Source: an uncultured Gemmatimonadales bacterium (lineage in GTDB: Bacteria; Gemmatimonadota; Gemmatimonadetes; Longimicrobiales; RSA9). From it: 64,000 bases of DNA. Below the pieces are notes generated by a model, which was not told the DNA's origin, searched no databases, and saw only the letters and a list, made by a program, of their open reading frames with translations. The translations under genes and the position numbers were made by a program. The stretch spans positions 1-64,000 of the forward strand of contig CAWCUS010000006.1 of the NCBI GenBank assembly GCA_963798845.1. Reading direction: 5' to 3'. Positions 17,654 to 30,038 of the stretch are shown in pieces (the first letter of the stretch is position 1; every line of letters starts with the position of its first letter).

Positions 17654-20182
17654 CTACGCGTCCGGGTCCAGCACCTTCGCGATCCGATGCTGCACCCCGA
17701 TCAGGTGATACCGCGTAGCCCTGTCCCCGGCTCTCGGGATGGCGCGCTGCACCTGCTGCTGGAGCGTGGTCAGCTCACCCCGCACCTGCGCCTTGGCGGC
17801 CTCGGAGAGCGGCTCCGGCCGGCGGAACCCCGGGAACGGCGACGTCTGGCTCGACTGCTCCGGTGGGTTCAGCTTCTGGTCCAGGATGTCCAGGAGCGTC
17901 ATCTGGAGGCCGCGGCGGTACGGATCGATCCGGATCTCCCGTGCGAGCGACACTTCCGAAAAGATGCCGCCGGTCACGTCGTCGAGGAGGTTCGTGAGGG
18001 TGTAGCTGCCACCCGGCGTCCGGCTCAACGCCTCGGTGTCGAGCAGACGGTTCAGCCGGTCGTCGCTGAAGAGCGTCCGCAGCACGGCCTGCTGTGCCCC
18101 GTTCACGCGCTCGATCATCGCGTCCGCCTCGATACGCCGCGCGATCTCCGGCTGGATCAGGTAGTCCTGCGTCTGGAACACGTTGTGGTTCAGGAACGCG
18201 ACCGCGGCCTGCTGCCGCGCGTGCGGAACCGGCGCGTACACCGCCCCCGGCTGGCTGCCGGACTTGTACTGCACCGTCCCGCCGCCCACCAGCGTGGCCA
18301 CGTGGCTCGCCTCCCTCGCCCACTGCCCCACGGTCCGGTCGTACAGCTCCGCCATCTCGCTGTTGTCCTCGCCCGCGTGCGTGGCGGCGGAGGGGATGTA
18401 GCGCATGACGCGCCGGATGTTGCGGAACCCGAGCTCCGTCGACGCGATCGGGTCCGCATCGCCCACGGCTTCGGACATGGTGCCGAAGCCCCCGAAGTCG
18501 TTGTTCGATGAGAAGCGGTACCACACCACGGTGTCCTGGACCATGGCCCAGCGGTCGAGCGTCGGCACTTCCTCCGCCGCCGAGCGAGCCGAGGGGATCG
18601 GCTTGTAGCCCCACATGATGACGAACTTGTCGTACGGCCCGATCCGCGGGACCAGGTCCGCCACCGCGAGGCTGTCCTCCGGCTGTGCCACGTAGTTGAA
18701 CCGGGAGTAGTCCATGATGCTCGGCGAGTGGCCCATCTTCGCCACCCACGTCGCGCTCCGAACGCTGTCCGCCGGGTACATGGAGCTGCCCAGCTGATCG
18801 TGCTGTAGCCCGATCGTGTGACCGATCTCGTGGGCGACAATGAACTCCAGGATCCGGCCCATGAGGCTGTCCGGCATCGGCAGGCTCCGGGCACGCACGT
18901 CCAGCGGCGACACCTGGGCGAAGTACCAGTCGCGGCCGAGATTGAGCACGTTCTGGAATATCCGCACCGAGCCGTTCAGGATCTCACCCGTGCGGGGATC
19001 GCTCACGTGCGGCCCCTGCGCGTTCTCGACCGTCGACGGCAGCCACCGGATCATCGTGTGCCGGATGTCCTCCGGCGACCAGCTCGGATCGTCGGCCGGC
19101 GCGTCCTTCGCGACAATGCCGCCCTTGAATCCGGCCACCTCGAATGCCGGCTGCCAGTCCTCGATCGCCTTCCGGATCCAGGGCTTCCATACGTCCGGCG
19201 TCGCAGGGTCCACGTAATAGACGATCGGCTTCTTCGGCACGCACATCTCCCCGACCCTCTCGTCGGAGCATTCCAGCCGGTACTTCGTGATGTACCGACG
19301 CTGGGCCGCGCCGTGCTCCTGGCCGAAGTTCACCTGCCGGATGCTGAAAAAGCCCAGCCGCTCGTCGAAGCGTCGCGCCATCATCGGCTCCTCCGGCAGC
19401 CGCACGAGGCTCCAGTGCCCCAGAACGGTCTGCGCCGGCGTGCTGCGCGCTCCCCCGGGCCGCCCGCCCAATGCGCTCCCGCCGCCGTTCCCGGCGGGCG
19501 TACCCGTCTGCGTGGCCTCGATCTCCACGTTGTCCGGGAACGCGCTCACGCGCTCAACGTACGAGCGCTTGTCATCAATGGTGCCCTGGATCGCCTGGAG
19601 CTGAGGCACCGACGTCGTGAACAGCTTCGTCACGTCCACCACCGGCGCGTGCTCGGCACCCCAGCTCTCAACCGGCAGCACGGCCACGATCGGCGGATAG
19701 CTCGAGTTCACCACCGCCCGGTACACCGGCAGCGTCGTGTCGGCCGTTACCGAGAACATCGGCGCCCGCACGATCACGCGCTCTCCCTGCAGGTCGAAGC
19801 GGAGCGTGCTCTCGGCGAACTGGTCCCCACCATACTCCCCGAACCCCGTCCTGCGCGGATCATTCGGGTCGAAAGCCGACGCCCGGGCGTATCGACCCAC
19901 CATCAGCATGTCCTTCCCGAGCTCCGCCAATGGGATCTCGAAATACAGCTTCTCGCCCACCTCGTGGACGATGAACATGCCCCGCTGCGTCTTCGCTTCC
20001 GACGTGATCACGCTCGCGTATGGCTTCGGCGCCGATTCCGCGCCCTGCTGTCGTCGTCCGCCCGGCGCTTCGCCCGCCTGCGGCCGCGCTTCGCCTCGAG
20101 GGGTGGGTGCCGCCGGAGCGGCGTGCGAGCAGCCGGCGCCCAGCAGCGCGGCCGCCAGGACCATGACGGTGGTTCGTTTCAT
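17654..20182 (-). CDS. Zinc-dependent metalloprotease lipoprotein (metzincin; DUF5117/DUF4953-like)
   Basis: Lipobox [15 protein letters not shown] zinc motif; Met-turn [13 protein letters not shown] motif. Confidence 0.9.
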   Translation of the reverse strand: MKRTTVMVLAAALLGAGCSHAAPAAPTPRGEARPQAGEAPGGRRQQGAESAPKPYASVITSEAKTQRGMFIVHEVGEKLYFEIPLAELGKDMLMVGRYARASAFDPNDPRRTGFGEYGGDQFAESTLRFDLQGERVIVRAPMFSVTADTTLPVYRAVVNSSYPPIVAVLPVESWGAEHAPVVDVTKLFTTSVPQLQAIQGTIDDKRSYVERVSAFPDNVEIEATQTGTPAGNGGGSALGGRPGGARSTPAQTVLGHWSLVRLPEEPMMARRFDERLGFFSIRQVNFGQEHGAAQRRYITKYRLECSDERVGEMCVPKKPIVYYVDPATPDVWKPWIRKAIEDWQPAFEVAGFKGGIVAKDAPADDPSWSPEDIRHTMIRWLPSTVENAQGPHVSDPRTGEILNGSVRIFQNVLNLGRDWYFAQVSPLDVRARSLPMPDSLMGRILEFIVAHEIGHTIGLQHDQLGSSMYPADSVRSATWVAKMGHSPSIMDYSRFNYVAQPEDSLAVADLVPRIGPYDKFVIMWGYKPIPSARSAAEEVPTLDRWAMVQDTVVWYRFSSNNDFGGFGTMSEAVGDADPIASTELGFRNIRRVMRYIPSAATHAGEDNSEMAELYDRTVGQWAREASHVATLVGGGTVQYKSGSQPGAVYAPVPHARQQAAVAFLNHNVFQTQDYLIQPEIARRIEADAMIERVNGAQQAVLRTLFSDDRLNRLLDTEALSRTPGGSYTLTNLLDDVTGGIFSEVSLAREIRIDPYRRGLQMTLLDILDQKLNPPEQSSQTSPFPGFRRPEPLSEAAKAQVRGELTTLQQQVQRAIPRAGDRATRYHLIGVQHRIAKVLDPDA

Positions 20183-20447
20183 CGCTCGTTCGGGGTTCTC
20201 TGGGATGGAGCGTGCGCGCCCATGCGTGGCCGCGGTCGGAGCCGGCCGGGGCCACGCACGGCAGACCCGTGCCCGCCTCTTCGCCACCCGACACGCCGAC
20301 CCGGCCACGATACGGACGGCGGGATCCATTTCATGGACGCGTCGGCCCGCGGGAACGTTGGGCGACGACGCCGACCCCTTCCCTCCGGGCGTCGCCCGAC
20401 TCCGGATCTCCCCCCTTGCGGCGGGAGGGTGGTCGCCCGAGGTTCTG

Positions 20448-20462
20448 TGAGAATGATTCTCA
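20448..20462. promoter_or_regulatory. Fur-type box
   Basis: Perfect 7-1-7 inverted repeat TGAGAAT-G-ATTCTCA, close to the Fur consensus TGATAAT-N-ATTATCA, directly upstream of an iron permease. Confidence 0.8.
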
Positions 20463-20515
20463 AACTCTCACGGGCCAACATGCACCGCGCGACCGGGACG
20501 GGGGACGGAACGGAG

Positions 20516-21670
20516 ATGGGGAACGACGGGGCCACGACGCACCACGCGGCCGGAGGTCGTCGCGACCGGCGGGCTGGACGCGCTCGGAGCCGGTCGGGGA
20601 CTGCGGGAATCGATGCGGGCAACGACGCGCGCTGGAGCGGACGTCGTCTGCTGGTGTGGGCGCTCGTTGGCACGGGCGTGCTGGGGGTGGCGGCGCTGGT
20701 GGCGTGGGCGACGATCTGGCGGGGCGGGAGCCCGGACCCGCTGGCCCCGGGGACGGGCCACCTGGCGGGTGTGGCGGACATCGGAGTGCTCGTCTTCCGG
20801 GAAGGGCTGGAGTGCATCCTGGTTCTGGCGGCGGTCACGGCGACGATGACGGGGCCGCGAGCGTCGCACCGGCAGCCGGTGGCGGTAGGGGCGGGGGTGG
20901 CGTTCGGTGCCACGCTGGCGACGTGGTTCCTGGTGGTGGGTGTCGTGGAGCAGCTGCTGGAGAGCGTGCCCGCGCTGCAGGTGCAGGCGGCGACGGGGCT
21001 GCTGGCGATCGTGGTGCTGCTGGTGGTGATGAACTGGTTCTTCCACAAGGTCTACTGGACCGGCTGGATCCGGATGCACAACGACCGCAAGAAGCGGCTG
21101 ATGGAGGAAGCGGATTCGGGCGGGGCCAGGGGTCACCTGCTGGTGGGGCTCGTGCTGCTGGGCTTCACGTCGCTGTATCGGGAGGGCTTCGAGGTGGTGC
21201 TCTTTCTCCAGAGCTACCGCCTGCGGCTGGGCGGGGTGCCCGTGCTGGAAGGCGTCATACTCGGTCTGGCGGGTGCATCGGTCGTCGCCGTGCTCACGTT
21301 CGTGGCGAACCGGCGGCTGCCGTACCGGAAGATGCTGGTATTTACGGGCGTCATGCTGGGAGGCGTGCTGCTGGTGATGGTGGGCGAGCAGGCGCAGGAG
21401 ATGCAGCTCGCCGGGTGGCTGACGACGACGAAGATCCAGGCGCTGGACGGGATGCCGGCCTGGCTGGGGCTCTGGTTCGCGGTATTCCCGACGGTGGAGA
21501 CGCTGGCGGCGCAGGGGCTGGCGGCGCTCCTGGTGCTCGGTTCGTACTTCCTCTCGCGCTTCCGCACGGTCAGGTCATCGAGGAAGGCGACGACGGGCGC
21601 GGCCAGGGTCACGTCCGCCGCATCCGGCAGCGCACCACGGGGCAGCGCGTCGGCGCTGGCGGACGCGTAG
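20516..21670 (+). CDS. FTR1/EfeU-family iron permease
   Basis: Two RExxE motifs (FREGLE, YREGFE) and about 7 TM helices; start may alternatively be ATG 20480. Confidence 0.9.
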   Translation: MGNDGATTHHAAGGRRDRRAGRARSRSGTAGIDAGNDARWSGRRLLVWALVGTGVLGVAALVAWATIWRGGSPDPLAPGTGHLAGVADIGVLVFREGLECILVLAAVTATMTGPRASHRQPVAVGAGVAFGATLATWFLVVGVVEQLLESVPALQVQAATGLLAIVVLLVVMNWFFHKVYWTGWIRMHNDRKKRLMEEADSGGARGHLLVGLVLLGFTSLYREGFEVVLFLQSYRLRLGGVPVLEGVILGLAGASVVAVLTFVANRRLPYRKMLVFTGVMLGGVLLVMVGEQAQEMQLAGWLTTTKIQALDGMPAWLGLWFAVFPTVETLAAQGLAALLVLGSYFLSRFRTVRSSRKATTGAARVTSAASGSAPRGSASALADA

Positions 21671-21705
21671 CCCGGCCGTGCGCGGACGGTGCTGCGAGCA
21701 GCCGC

Positions 21706-23622
<1,917 letters not shown>

Positions 23623-23771
23623 TGGCAGTAGGGGGCTCGGGACTGCAGCGACAACGATAGCTCCGCCGCTCTCCGCGGACCAGCAGGCCGGGGTACCGTG
23701 TCCCCGGACGTCTGTCCCTCGGGCCGTGGTGCGCTTGACACAGTGCCGCACCCGGACCCACCATCAGCATC

Positions 23772-24158
23772 ATGAAGGCCATTTTCCAGCGTGCGGCCGA
23801 TCGGCAGCGGCACCACGCGCATCACTTCTGGCTCTCGCGCGGCGGCGGCTTCTACGGCTTCGTCGCCGCGCTCACGTTCGTCTATCTCGAGGCCGTGGAC
23901 CTGGTAGGGGACATCGCGGGCCTCGCCGGCGTCCGAATCAATGTCGGCTACCTGGTCTCCTGGCTCGTTTCCAACGCCGTGGCCGCGCTGCTGAACGTGC
24001 TGCGGGCCACCCTGTGGCCGATCGCGTGGATGGGACATTTCGGGCTGGGCATTCGCTCCGGGCTCTTCCTCCTGGGCGCCTACCTCCTGTATCTCACCAT
24101 CCGCCCTCTCGCTCTACGCCTCCTCGGGGAGAAGCCCGGGATTCGGCACGTGGCGTAG
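23772..24158 (+). CDS. Hypothetical small membrane protein
   Basis: 128-aa ORF with 3 hydrophobic segments filling the intergenic space. Confidence 0.7.
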   Translation: MKAIFQRAADRQRHHAHHFWLSRGGGFYGFVAALTFVYLEAVDLVGDIAGLAGVRINVGYLVSWLVSNAVAALLNVLRATLWPIAWMGHFGLGIRSGLFLLGAYLLYLTIRPLALRLLGEKPGIRHVA

Positions 24159-24273
24159 CCCCGCCCCCGCCACGCTGCCTCGCCCCCGACATCGGTCAAG
24201 CGACGCACCCACACCATGACCTCGGCGGGCGAGCGCACCTCGATGGTCGCTCAGGCCGCCACGAGCTCCCCGG

Positions 24274-25830
24274 TCACGCGGGCTGGAGGGCGCTGGGGCG
24301 CAGCGCGGCGTCCAACTCCCGGCCCAGCCGGACGACGATCCCCGGGAGGGCGTCCACGTCGGCCTCGGTCGTGTTGAAGTTCACGATGCACGGCCGGAGC
24401 AGGTACCGGCCGTCGACCACGGCATTGGAAACGAAGGCTTCGCCGGAGCCTTGTATGCGCTCCAGAAGCGCTTCGTTCAGCGCGTTCAGGTACGAGCCCG
24501 CGGGCCCGCCTTCGTTGGACCCATCGAGGTCCGGCGGCACGTAACGGAAAGTGCAGATGCTGAGGGACTGGGTGAACGCCTGGAGCCCCGGGGTACGTCG
24601 GACGCGCTCGTGGAGCCGCTCGCTGAGCCGGATGTCATCGCTGATCATCTGCGCGTAGCCGCTTCGCCCCGCGTGCCGCAGCGCGAGCCACACCTTGAGC
24701 GCCCGGAATCCACGCGAGTTCTGTGGCCCGAAGTCCAGGTAGTTCACCGCTTCCTGGCCGAAATGGTAGTACGGCGGGTGGTACGAGAACGCGCGGCGGA
24801 GGGTGGCGGGGTCGCGCACCAGCGTGCAGCCGGCCTCCAGCGGCGCGTAGAGCCACTTGTGCGGGTCCACCGCCACCGAGTCGGCCAGCCCGAGCGCGCG
24901 CAGGTCGTCCGGCGTTCCCGGCACGGCGGCGGCGAAGGCGCCGTAAGCCCCGTCCACGTGCAGCCACACTCCGGCTTCCCGGCAGATTCCGGCGACCTCC
25001 CGAATCGGGTCCACGGCGCCGGTGCTCACGGACCCGGCCGTGGCCACGACCATCATCGGTTGCGCTCCGGCAGACTGGTCCCGCTCCATGGCTTTGCGGA
25101 GCGCGTTCGTATCCATCCGCTGGTCGGCTCCCGCCGGTATCCAGCGGATCGCATCGGTGCCGATCCCGGCCAGATCGGCCCCCTTTTGCAGCCACGTATG
25201 GGTCTCGACGGAAGCGTACACGCGCAGTGGCCGCGACCCGGCCCCGGCAACGCCGCCGGCACGGACGTCCCAGTCCGCGACGGCGGCTCGCGCGGCGAGG
25301 AGACCCACGATATTCGCCATGTTCCCGCCGCTCACGAGCAGGCCGCCGCATTCGGTCGAATAGCCCACGAGCTCGGCCATCCAGCGCACGGCCTGCGCTT
25401 CGATCTCGCTGGCCACGGGCGACAGCCGCCACGCCCCGCTGTTCGCGTTCACGGCCGCGGCCAGGAAGTCCGCGAGCATGCCGATGGGCGCAGGGGAGGA
25501 CGTGACGTAGCCGAAGAACCGAGGGTGGCCGTTGAAAAGCGAGTGCTCGAACAGAAGCTCCGCCGTCGTCCGCAGCAGCGCTTCCGCATCCTCTCCCTGC
25601 TCGGGCAGCCCGCGCTCCGCGCCGATCAGCGCCCGCACTGCCTCGGGCGATTCCGAAGGCGTGACCGGCCGTTCGGCGAGCCCGGCGAGGAAGTCGACCA
25701 CCGCGTCCACCAGGCCGTGGGCGACCCGGCGCATCTCCTCCGGCGCCATCCGAAGCGGCACGTCGCGCGTCGAGCGCGCTTCTGTGGGGGCTGGATGCCG
25801 GACATGCGCCTGCTCGTGGGGTGTTCCCAT
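24274..25830 (-). CDS. Group II PLP-dependent decarboxylase (aromatic amino acid decarboxylase-like)
   Basis: Motifs HPRFFGY, SGGNMAN, TAGSVSTGAVDP, WLHVDGAYG, PLP-lysine DPHKW and SRGFRALKVW. Confidence 0.92.
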   Translation of the reverse strand: MGTPHEQAHVRHPAPTEARSTRDVPLRMAPEEMRRVAHGLVDAVVDFLAGLAERPVTPSESPEAVRALIGAERGLPEQGEDAEALLRTTAELLFEHSLFNGHPRFFGYVTSSPAPIGMLADFLAAAVNANSGAWRLSPVASEIEAQAVRWMAELVGYSTECGGLLVSGGNMANIVGLLAARAAVADWDVRAGGVAGAGSRPLRVYASVETHTWLQKGADLAGIGTDAIRWIPAGADQRMDTNALRKAMERDQSAGAQPMMVVATAGSVSTGAVDPIREVAGICREAGVWLHVDGAYGAFAAAVPGTPDDLRALGLADSVAVDPHKWLYAPLEAGCTLVRDPATLRRAFSYHPPYYHFGQEAVNYLDFGPQNSRGFRALKVWLALRHAGRSGYAQMISDDIRLSERLHERVRRTPGLQAFTQSLSICTFRYVPPDLDGSNEGGPAGSYLNALNEALLERIQGSGEAFVSNAVVDGRYLLRPCIVNFNTTEADVDALPGIVVRLGRELDAALRPSALQPA

Positions 25831-26009
25831 GACCATCTCCGGGTTCGGGGGACCGTCGTGGAAAGGAACCCGGCGACGGCGCCGGCGTCCTGCCCGCATT
25901 CGTGCGGGTTCCTGCTATGGCAAGGGGCGAGCATGCCGCCCCGTCATCCCGGTGGGAAGCCGACAACGGGAGCCGATGATACGGCACCCACCCCCAGAAG
26001 TCCACGCCT

Positions 26010-26191
26010 TCGATCCCCGCGCCAGCGGGGCCGAGCGGCGAAGCCGCGAGCCTCGAATCCCCGCGCCAGCGGGGCCGAGCGGCGAAGCCGCGAGCCTCGA
26101 ATCCCCGCGCCAGCGGGGCCGAGCGGCGAAGCCGCGAGCTTCGAATCCCCGCGCCAGCGGGGTGGCCGAGCCGCGCCAGCGGCGACGGCCA
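26010..26191 (+). repeat. Second tandem array (four units) of the ~44-bp double-hairpin repeat
   Basis: Unit TCGAAT-CCCCGC-GCCA-GCGGGG-CCGA-GCGGC-GAA-GCCGC-GAGCY starts at 26010, 26053, 26097 and 26141; related to the 17346 array. Confidence 0.92.
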
Positions 26192-26286
26192 ACGCCCCTC
26201 GCCCTCCCGACCCCGATGCCCGTGCATTACGTTCAGTCCCCTGCAGCACCATACGAACGTGCACCACCCAACAGGCGAGGCGAGAG

Positions 26287-28668
26287 ATGGCGCGCGAAGG
26301 GGGAGCAGATACGGGCGGAGGCGGGCGGGCGCTCGAGCCGCGTGACTTCATCCGGGCCATTGTCGTGGAGGACCTGGCCACCGGGAAGCACGGCGGGCGA
26401 GTAGTGACGCGCTTCCCCCCGGAGCCCAACGGCTTTCTCCACATCGGTCACGCCAAGTCCATCTGTCTCAATTTCGGTCTGGCGCGGGAGGTCCCGGGCG
26501 CGCGCTGCCACCTCCGCTTCGATGACACCAATCCCGAGACGGAGGACATGGCCTACGTGGAGTCCATCAAGCGGGACGTCGCGTGGCTCGGCTTCGACTG
26601 GGAGGAGCACCTGTACTTCGCATCGGATTACTTCCCCGAGATGTACGCCTTCGCCGAGCACCTGATCCGCGAGGGCAATGCGTACGTGGACAGCCTGAGC
26701 GAGGAGGAGATCCGGGAAGGGCGGGGAACGGTGACGGAGCCCGGGAAGCCCAGCCCGTACCGCGACCGGTCACCCGAGGAGAGCCTCGACCTGTTCCACC
26801 GCATGCGCGACGGCGAGTTCCCGAACGGCGCCCAGGTGCTGCGCGGGAAGATCGACATGGCGTCGCCCAACATGCTGCTGCGCGACCCCGTGCTGTACCG
26901 GATCCGCCACGCGAGCCACTACCGCACCGGCGACGAATGGTGCGTCTATCCATTGTATGACTACGCGCACCCGATCGAGGACGCGCTCGAGGACATCACG
27001 CACTCCCTGTGCACGCTCGAGTTCGAGATCAACCGTCCGCTGTACGACTGGGTAGTGGAGAACATCCCGCTGGAGACGCGGCCCCGGCAGTACGAGTTCG
27101 CCCGCGGCAACCTCGATTTCACGGTCATGAGCAAGCGCAAGCTGCTCACCCTGGTCAGGGAGGGGCACGTCTCCGGCTGGGACGACCCGCGCATGCCCAC
27201 GATCGCCGGGCTGCGCCGCCGCGGCGTGACTCCCGAGTCCATCCGCGCGTTCTGGGACATGCTCGGTATCGCCAAGACGCAGAGCCGCGTTGACATGGGC
27301 AAGCTCGAGTTCGCCATGCGCGACGACCTGAACGCCCGCGCGCCCCGCGTCCTGTGCGTGCTCCGCCCGCTCCGCGTCGTCATCACCAACTACCCGCACG
27401 GCGGCTCCGAGGTCATCGAGGCCAGCTCCTGGCCCCACGACGTGGCGCGCGAAGGCTCACGCTCGCTCCCCTTCTCGGGCGAGCTCTTCATCGACGACGA
27501 CGACTTCCGCGAGGACCCGCCCGCCGACTGGAAGCGGCTCGCCCCCGGCCGGGCGGTCCGCCTCCGCCACGGCTACGTCATCCGTTGCGACGAGGTCGTC
27601 CGCGACGACGCCGGCGCCATCCGCGAGCTCCACTGCCGCTACGCGCCCGGGAGCCTCGACGGCGATCCTCCCGCCGAGTGGGAAGTGGGCGGCGCCATCC
27701 ACTGGGTGGACGCGGAGCGCTCCCGCTCGTGCGAAGTCCGCCTCTACGACCGGCTCTTCATGGTGCCGGATCCGGATGCGGAGGCCGCCGAGACCGGCCG
27801 CGACTTCACCGCCTTCCTCAACCCCGACTCGCTGGTCGTAGTGGAGAACGCCCGCATCGAGCCCTCGGTCCAGGCCGACCCGCCCGGCTCCCGCTACCAG
27901 TTCGAGCGGGTCGGGTACTTCATGAGCGATCCCGAGGACTCCTCGCCCGAGCGGCTGGTCTTCAATCGGACGGTCACGCTCCGCGACACGTGGACGCGCC
28001 GCACGGCCGGTGGCGTCGAAGCGACCGTGGTCTCGAGCGTCACCGCGAGCGGGACTGCCGGCGCGCCCGAGCTGAGCTCCGAGGAGCACCGGCGTCTGCG
28101 GCGGGCGGCGGCGCCGGACCGGTCGGCGGACCTGGAGGCGCGGCGTCGCCGGTACGAGGAGGAGCTGGGTGTCGGCGACGAGGACGCGGAGCTCCTCACG
28201 CGCGAGACGGCCCTGGCCGACTTTTTCGAGGCGGCGGTGGCCGCAGGTGGGTCGGCGCAGCGCGTCGCCAACTGGCTGATCAACGAGCTCCCGCGGGAGA
28301 TCGGGGACCGCACGCTGGAGAACCTGCCGTTCGGCGGCCGCGAGGTAGGGCGGCTGGTGGCGCTGCTCGAGGACGGCACCCTGTCCGGAAGCACGGCCAG
28401 GGACGTCCTCGCCGAGCTGGTGGCGTCGGGTGGGGAGCCGGACGCCATCGTGGACAGCAAGGGGCTGCGCCAGATCAGGGACGAGGCCTACCTCGCCCCC
28501 GTCGTCGCCCGCATCGTGGGCGCCAATCCGGGAAAGGCCGCCGACTACCGCGCCGGCCGCGCCGCCCTCATCGGCTTCTTCATGGGGCAGGTGATGAAGG
28601 AGACGGGCGGAAAAGCCGATCCGGAGCTGGCGAGAAGGCTGCTCGGGGAGCGGCTCGGGGAGGTCTGA
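26287..28668 (+). CDS. glnS: Glutamine--tRNA ligase with a C-terminal GatB/YqeY domain
   Basis: TRFPPEPNG.LHIGH, RFDDTNP, MSKRK, GWDDPRMPTI and QFER.GYF...FNRTV.L motifs; C-terminal ANWLINEL...GFFMGQVMKETGGKADP. Confidence 0.96.
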   Translation: MAREGGADTGGGGRALEPRDFIRAIVVEDLATGKHGGRVVTRFPPEPNGFLHIGHAKSICLNFGLAREVPGARCHLRFDDTNPETEDMAYVESIKRDVAWLGFDWEEHLYFASDYFPEMYAFAEHLIREGNAYVDSLSEEEIREGRGTVTEPGKPSPYRDRSPEESLDLFHRMRDGEFPNGAQVLRGKIDMASPNMLLRDPVLYRIRHASHYRTGDEWCVYPLYDYAHPIEDALEDITHSLCTLEFEINRPLYDWVVENIPLETRPRQYEFARGNLDFTVMSKRKLLTLVREGHVSGWDDPRMPTIAGLRRRGVTPESIRAFWDMLGIAKTQSRVDMGKLEFAMRDDLNARAPRVLCVLRPLRVVITNYPHGGSEVIEASSWPHDVAREGSRSLPFSGELFIDDDDFREDPPADWKRLAPGRAVRLRHGYVIRCDEVVRDDAGAIRELHCRYAPGSLDGDPPAEWEVGGAIHWVDAERSRSCEVRLYDRLFMVPDPDAEAAETGRDFTAFLNPDSLVVVENARIEPSVQADPPGSRYQFERVGYFMSDPEDSSPERLVFNRTVTLRDTWTRRTAGGVEATVVSSVTASGTAGAPELSSEEHRRLRRAAAPDRSADLEARRRRYEEELGVGDEDAELLTRETALADFFEAAVAAGGSAQRVANWLINELPREIGDRTLENLPFGGREVGRLVALLEDGTLSGSTARDVLAELVASGGEPDAIVDSKGLRQIRDEAYLAPVVARIVGANPGKAADYRAGRAALIGFFMGQVMKETGGKADPELARRLLGERLGEV

Positions 28669-28708
28669 GTCTCGTCGCCCGCGCGGGTGGCGGGGTCCGC
28701 AACGGCGC

Positions 28709-29179
28709 TCAGGGCACGTCGTAGCCTTCGGGGCTCAGCTCGAGCCTGTAGCGGGAGGGATCGTGCTGGAAGAAGAGCCCTCCGCGCCGGCTGGCTCCGG
28801 CGGGCACGAAGTGAAGGGTGGCGGTCCGCTTCTCGACGGTCCCGGTGTCGGCGACGAGCTCCCCCCGGATCTCCACTCCCCGTGCCGTGCTGCCCCCGCT
28901 GTTCCGGGCGACGAAGGTCACCACGTACCCGTGGTCCGTCGCCAGCACGGTGTCGCGCTGCACGGACAGCGCCGGCGGGGACGCGCGCGATCCGACGCCG
29001 AGGAGCACCAGGTAGCCGATGAGCGCGAGCACCAGCGCTGCGCTCGCCCCCGCCACGAGCCACTCCCAGACGGAGATCTCCTCTTCACCGCGTTTCCGCT
29101 CGCCTTTTCCGTCGCCGCCCCGCGCGTCCTTCTCCTCCTCTCGCCGGCGCTCCGTGTTGCGGTCCTCTCCATCGTCCAT
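28709..29179 (-). CDS. TIGR02588-like protein (single TM + Ig-like domain)
   Basis: WEW...S..LVL..IGYL, N.GG.TA..V.I.GEL, F...DP and GY..P pattern; adjacent to its TIGR02587-like partner. Confidence 0.78.
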   Translation of the reverse strand: MDDGEDRNTERRREEEKDARGGDGKGERKRGEEEISVWEWLVAGASAALVLALIGYLVLLGVGSRASPPALSVQRDTVLATDHGYVVTFVARNSGGSTARGVEIRGELVADTGTVEKRTATLHFVPAGASRRGGLFFQHDPSRYRLELSPEGYDVP

Positions 29180-29186
29180 GGTCACC

Positions 29187-30038
29187 TCACAGTACCAGTC
29201 GCGCCGCCGCCGCCCCGAGTCCGGCCGGGATCCCCAGAACCACGGCCCGCATCACCACCCATTCGAACGAGGCGCTCTCCAGCCTGCCGAACACCCAGAG
29301 CAGCAGGAGGCTCACGCCGAGCGCCACGCCATACGCCGGCCCGGTGAAACGGACCAGCGGGCTCCACCAGGGCGTCTCCTCCGCCGGCTGGGGCGCGCCG
29401 TGGAACTCCATGGAGTAGACGAAGGCGTGCATCACCACGAGGGTGAGGACCACGGAGCCGAGCATGTGCCACGGGTCGGTGGAGAAGGGCACCAGGTTCA
29501 TCTCCTGGGTGGCGGCCACGTTGAACGCCACGTACAGCGCGCCGGCGGTCATCAGGAACAGCTCCGCGGAGTAGGATCCACCGTGCTTCTGCCGCTTCCG
29601 CTGGTCCGCCTCCTCCTCGTGCCGCCGGTCGCCGCCGAGCTGGCTCCGGGCCAGCGACGCCCCGATCCCCGCCGGCAGTGCCTGGACGCCGATCTTCCCG
29701 ATCACGTCGGGCAGCGGGTCGGCGGGACCGAGAATGCCGAGGATGGCGAGGAGAGCGGCGCTGGAGATGATGCCGATGCCGTACGCCGTGAGCCCGCCGA
29801 TGACGGCCTCCCGGAAGCCGTGCGAGCGCTCCAGGCCCGAGACCGAGGCCAGGCCCACGAGCAGCGGGATCCCGATGCCGAGGAGTAGCGCCAGTCGCAG
29901 CGGACTCATGTAGAAGCCGAGCCACCACATCTCCATTGTGAGGAACAGCGGCAGCGAAAAGAGCAGCGCACCGCCGAACCCCCGGGCGACTCCCTTCCAG
30001 TAGCGCAGGGCGTCAGACGATTCGCCTTTCCCGCTCAC
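29187..30038 (-). CDS. TIGR02587/DUF2391-like integral membrane protein
   Basis: Motifs RGFGGALLFSLPLFLTMEMWWLG, GAL...FNVA.TQEM and VLG.PA.LGAAAARL. Confidence 0.82.
   Translation of the reverse strand: MSGKGESSDALRYWKGVARGFGGALLFSLPLFLTMEMWWLGFYMSPLRLALLLGIGIPLLVGLASVSGLERSHGFREAVIGGLTAYGIGIISSAALLAILGILGPADPLPDVIGKIGVQALPAGIGASLARSQLGGDRRHEEEADQRKRQKHGGSYSAELFLMTAGALYVAFNVAATQEMNLVPFSTDPWHMLGSVVLTLVVMHAFVYSMEFHGAPQPAEETPWWSPLVRFTGPAYGVALGVSLLLLWVFGRLESASFEWVVMRAVVLGIPAGLGAAAARLVL

Noticed and set aside
18818..20479. Apparent 950-aa FTR1 fusion
   Set aside because: The extension is antisense to the metalloprotease and crosses the Fur box; it is a high-GC open-frame artefact.
26010..26191. 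CRISPR array, or a T-box/tRNA-like leader for glnS
   Set aside because: There are no spacers and no T-box motif or antiterminator, and the same repeat occurs at a locus unrelated to tRNA synthetases.
24451..26286. Apparent 1405-aa GlnRS with an N-terminal extension
   Set aside because: The extension is antisense to the decarboxylase and runs through the repeat array; glnS plausibly starts at 26287.
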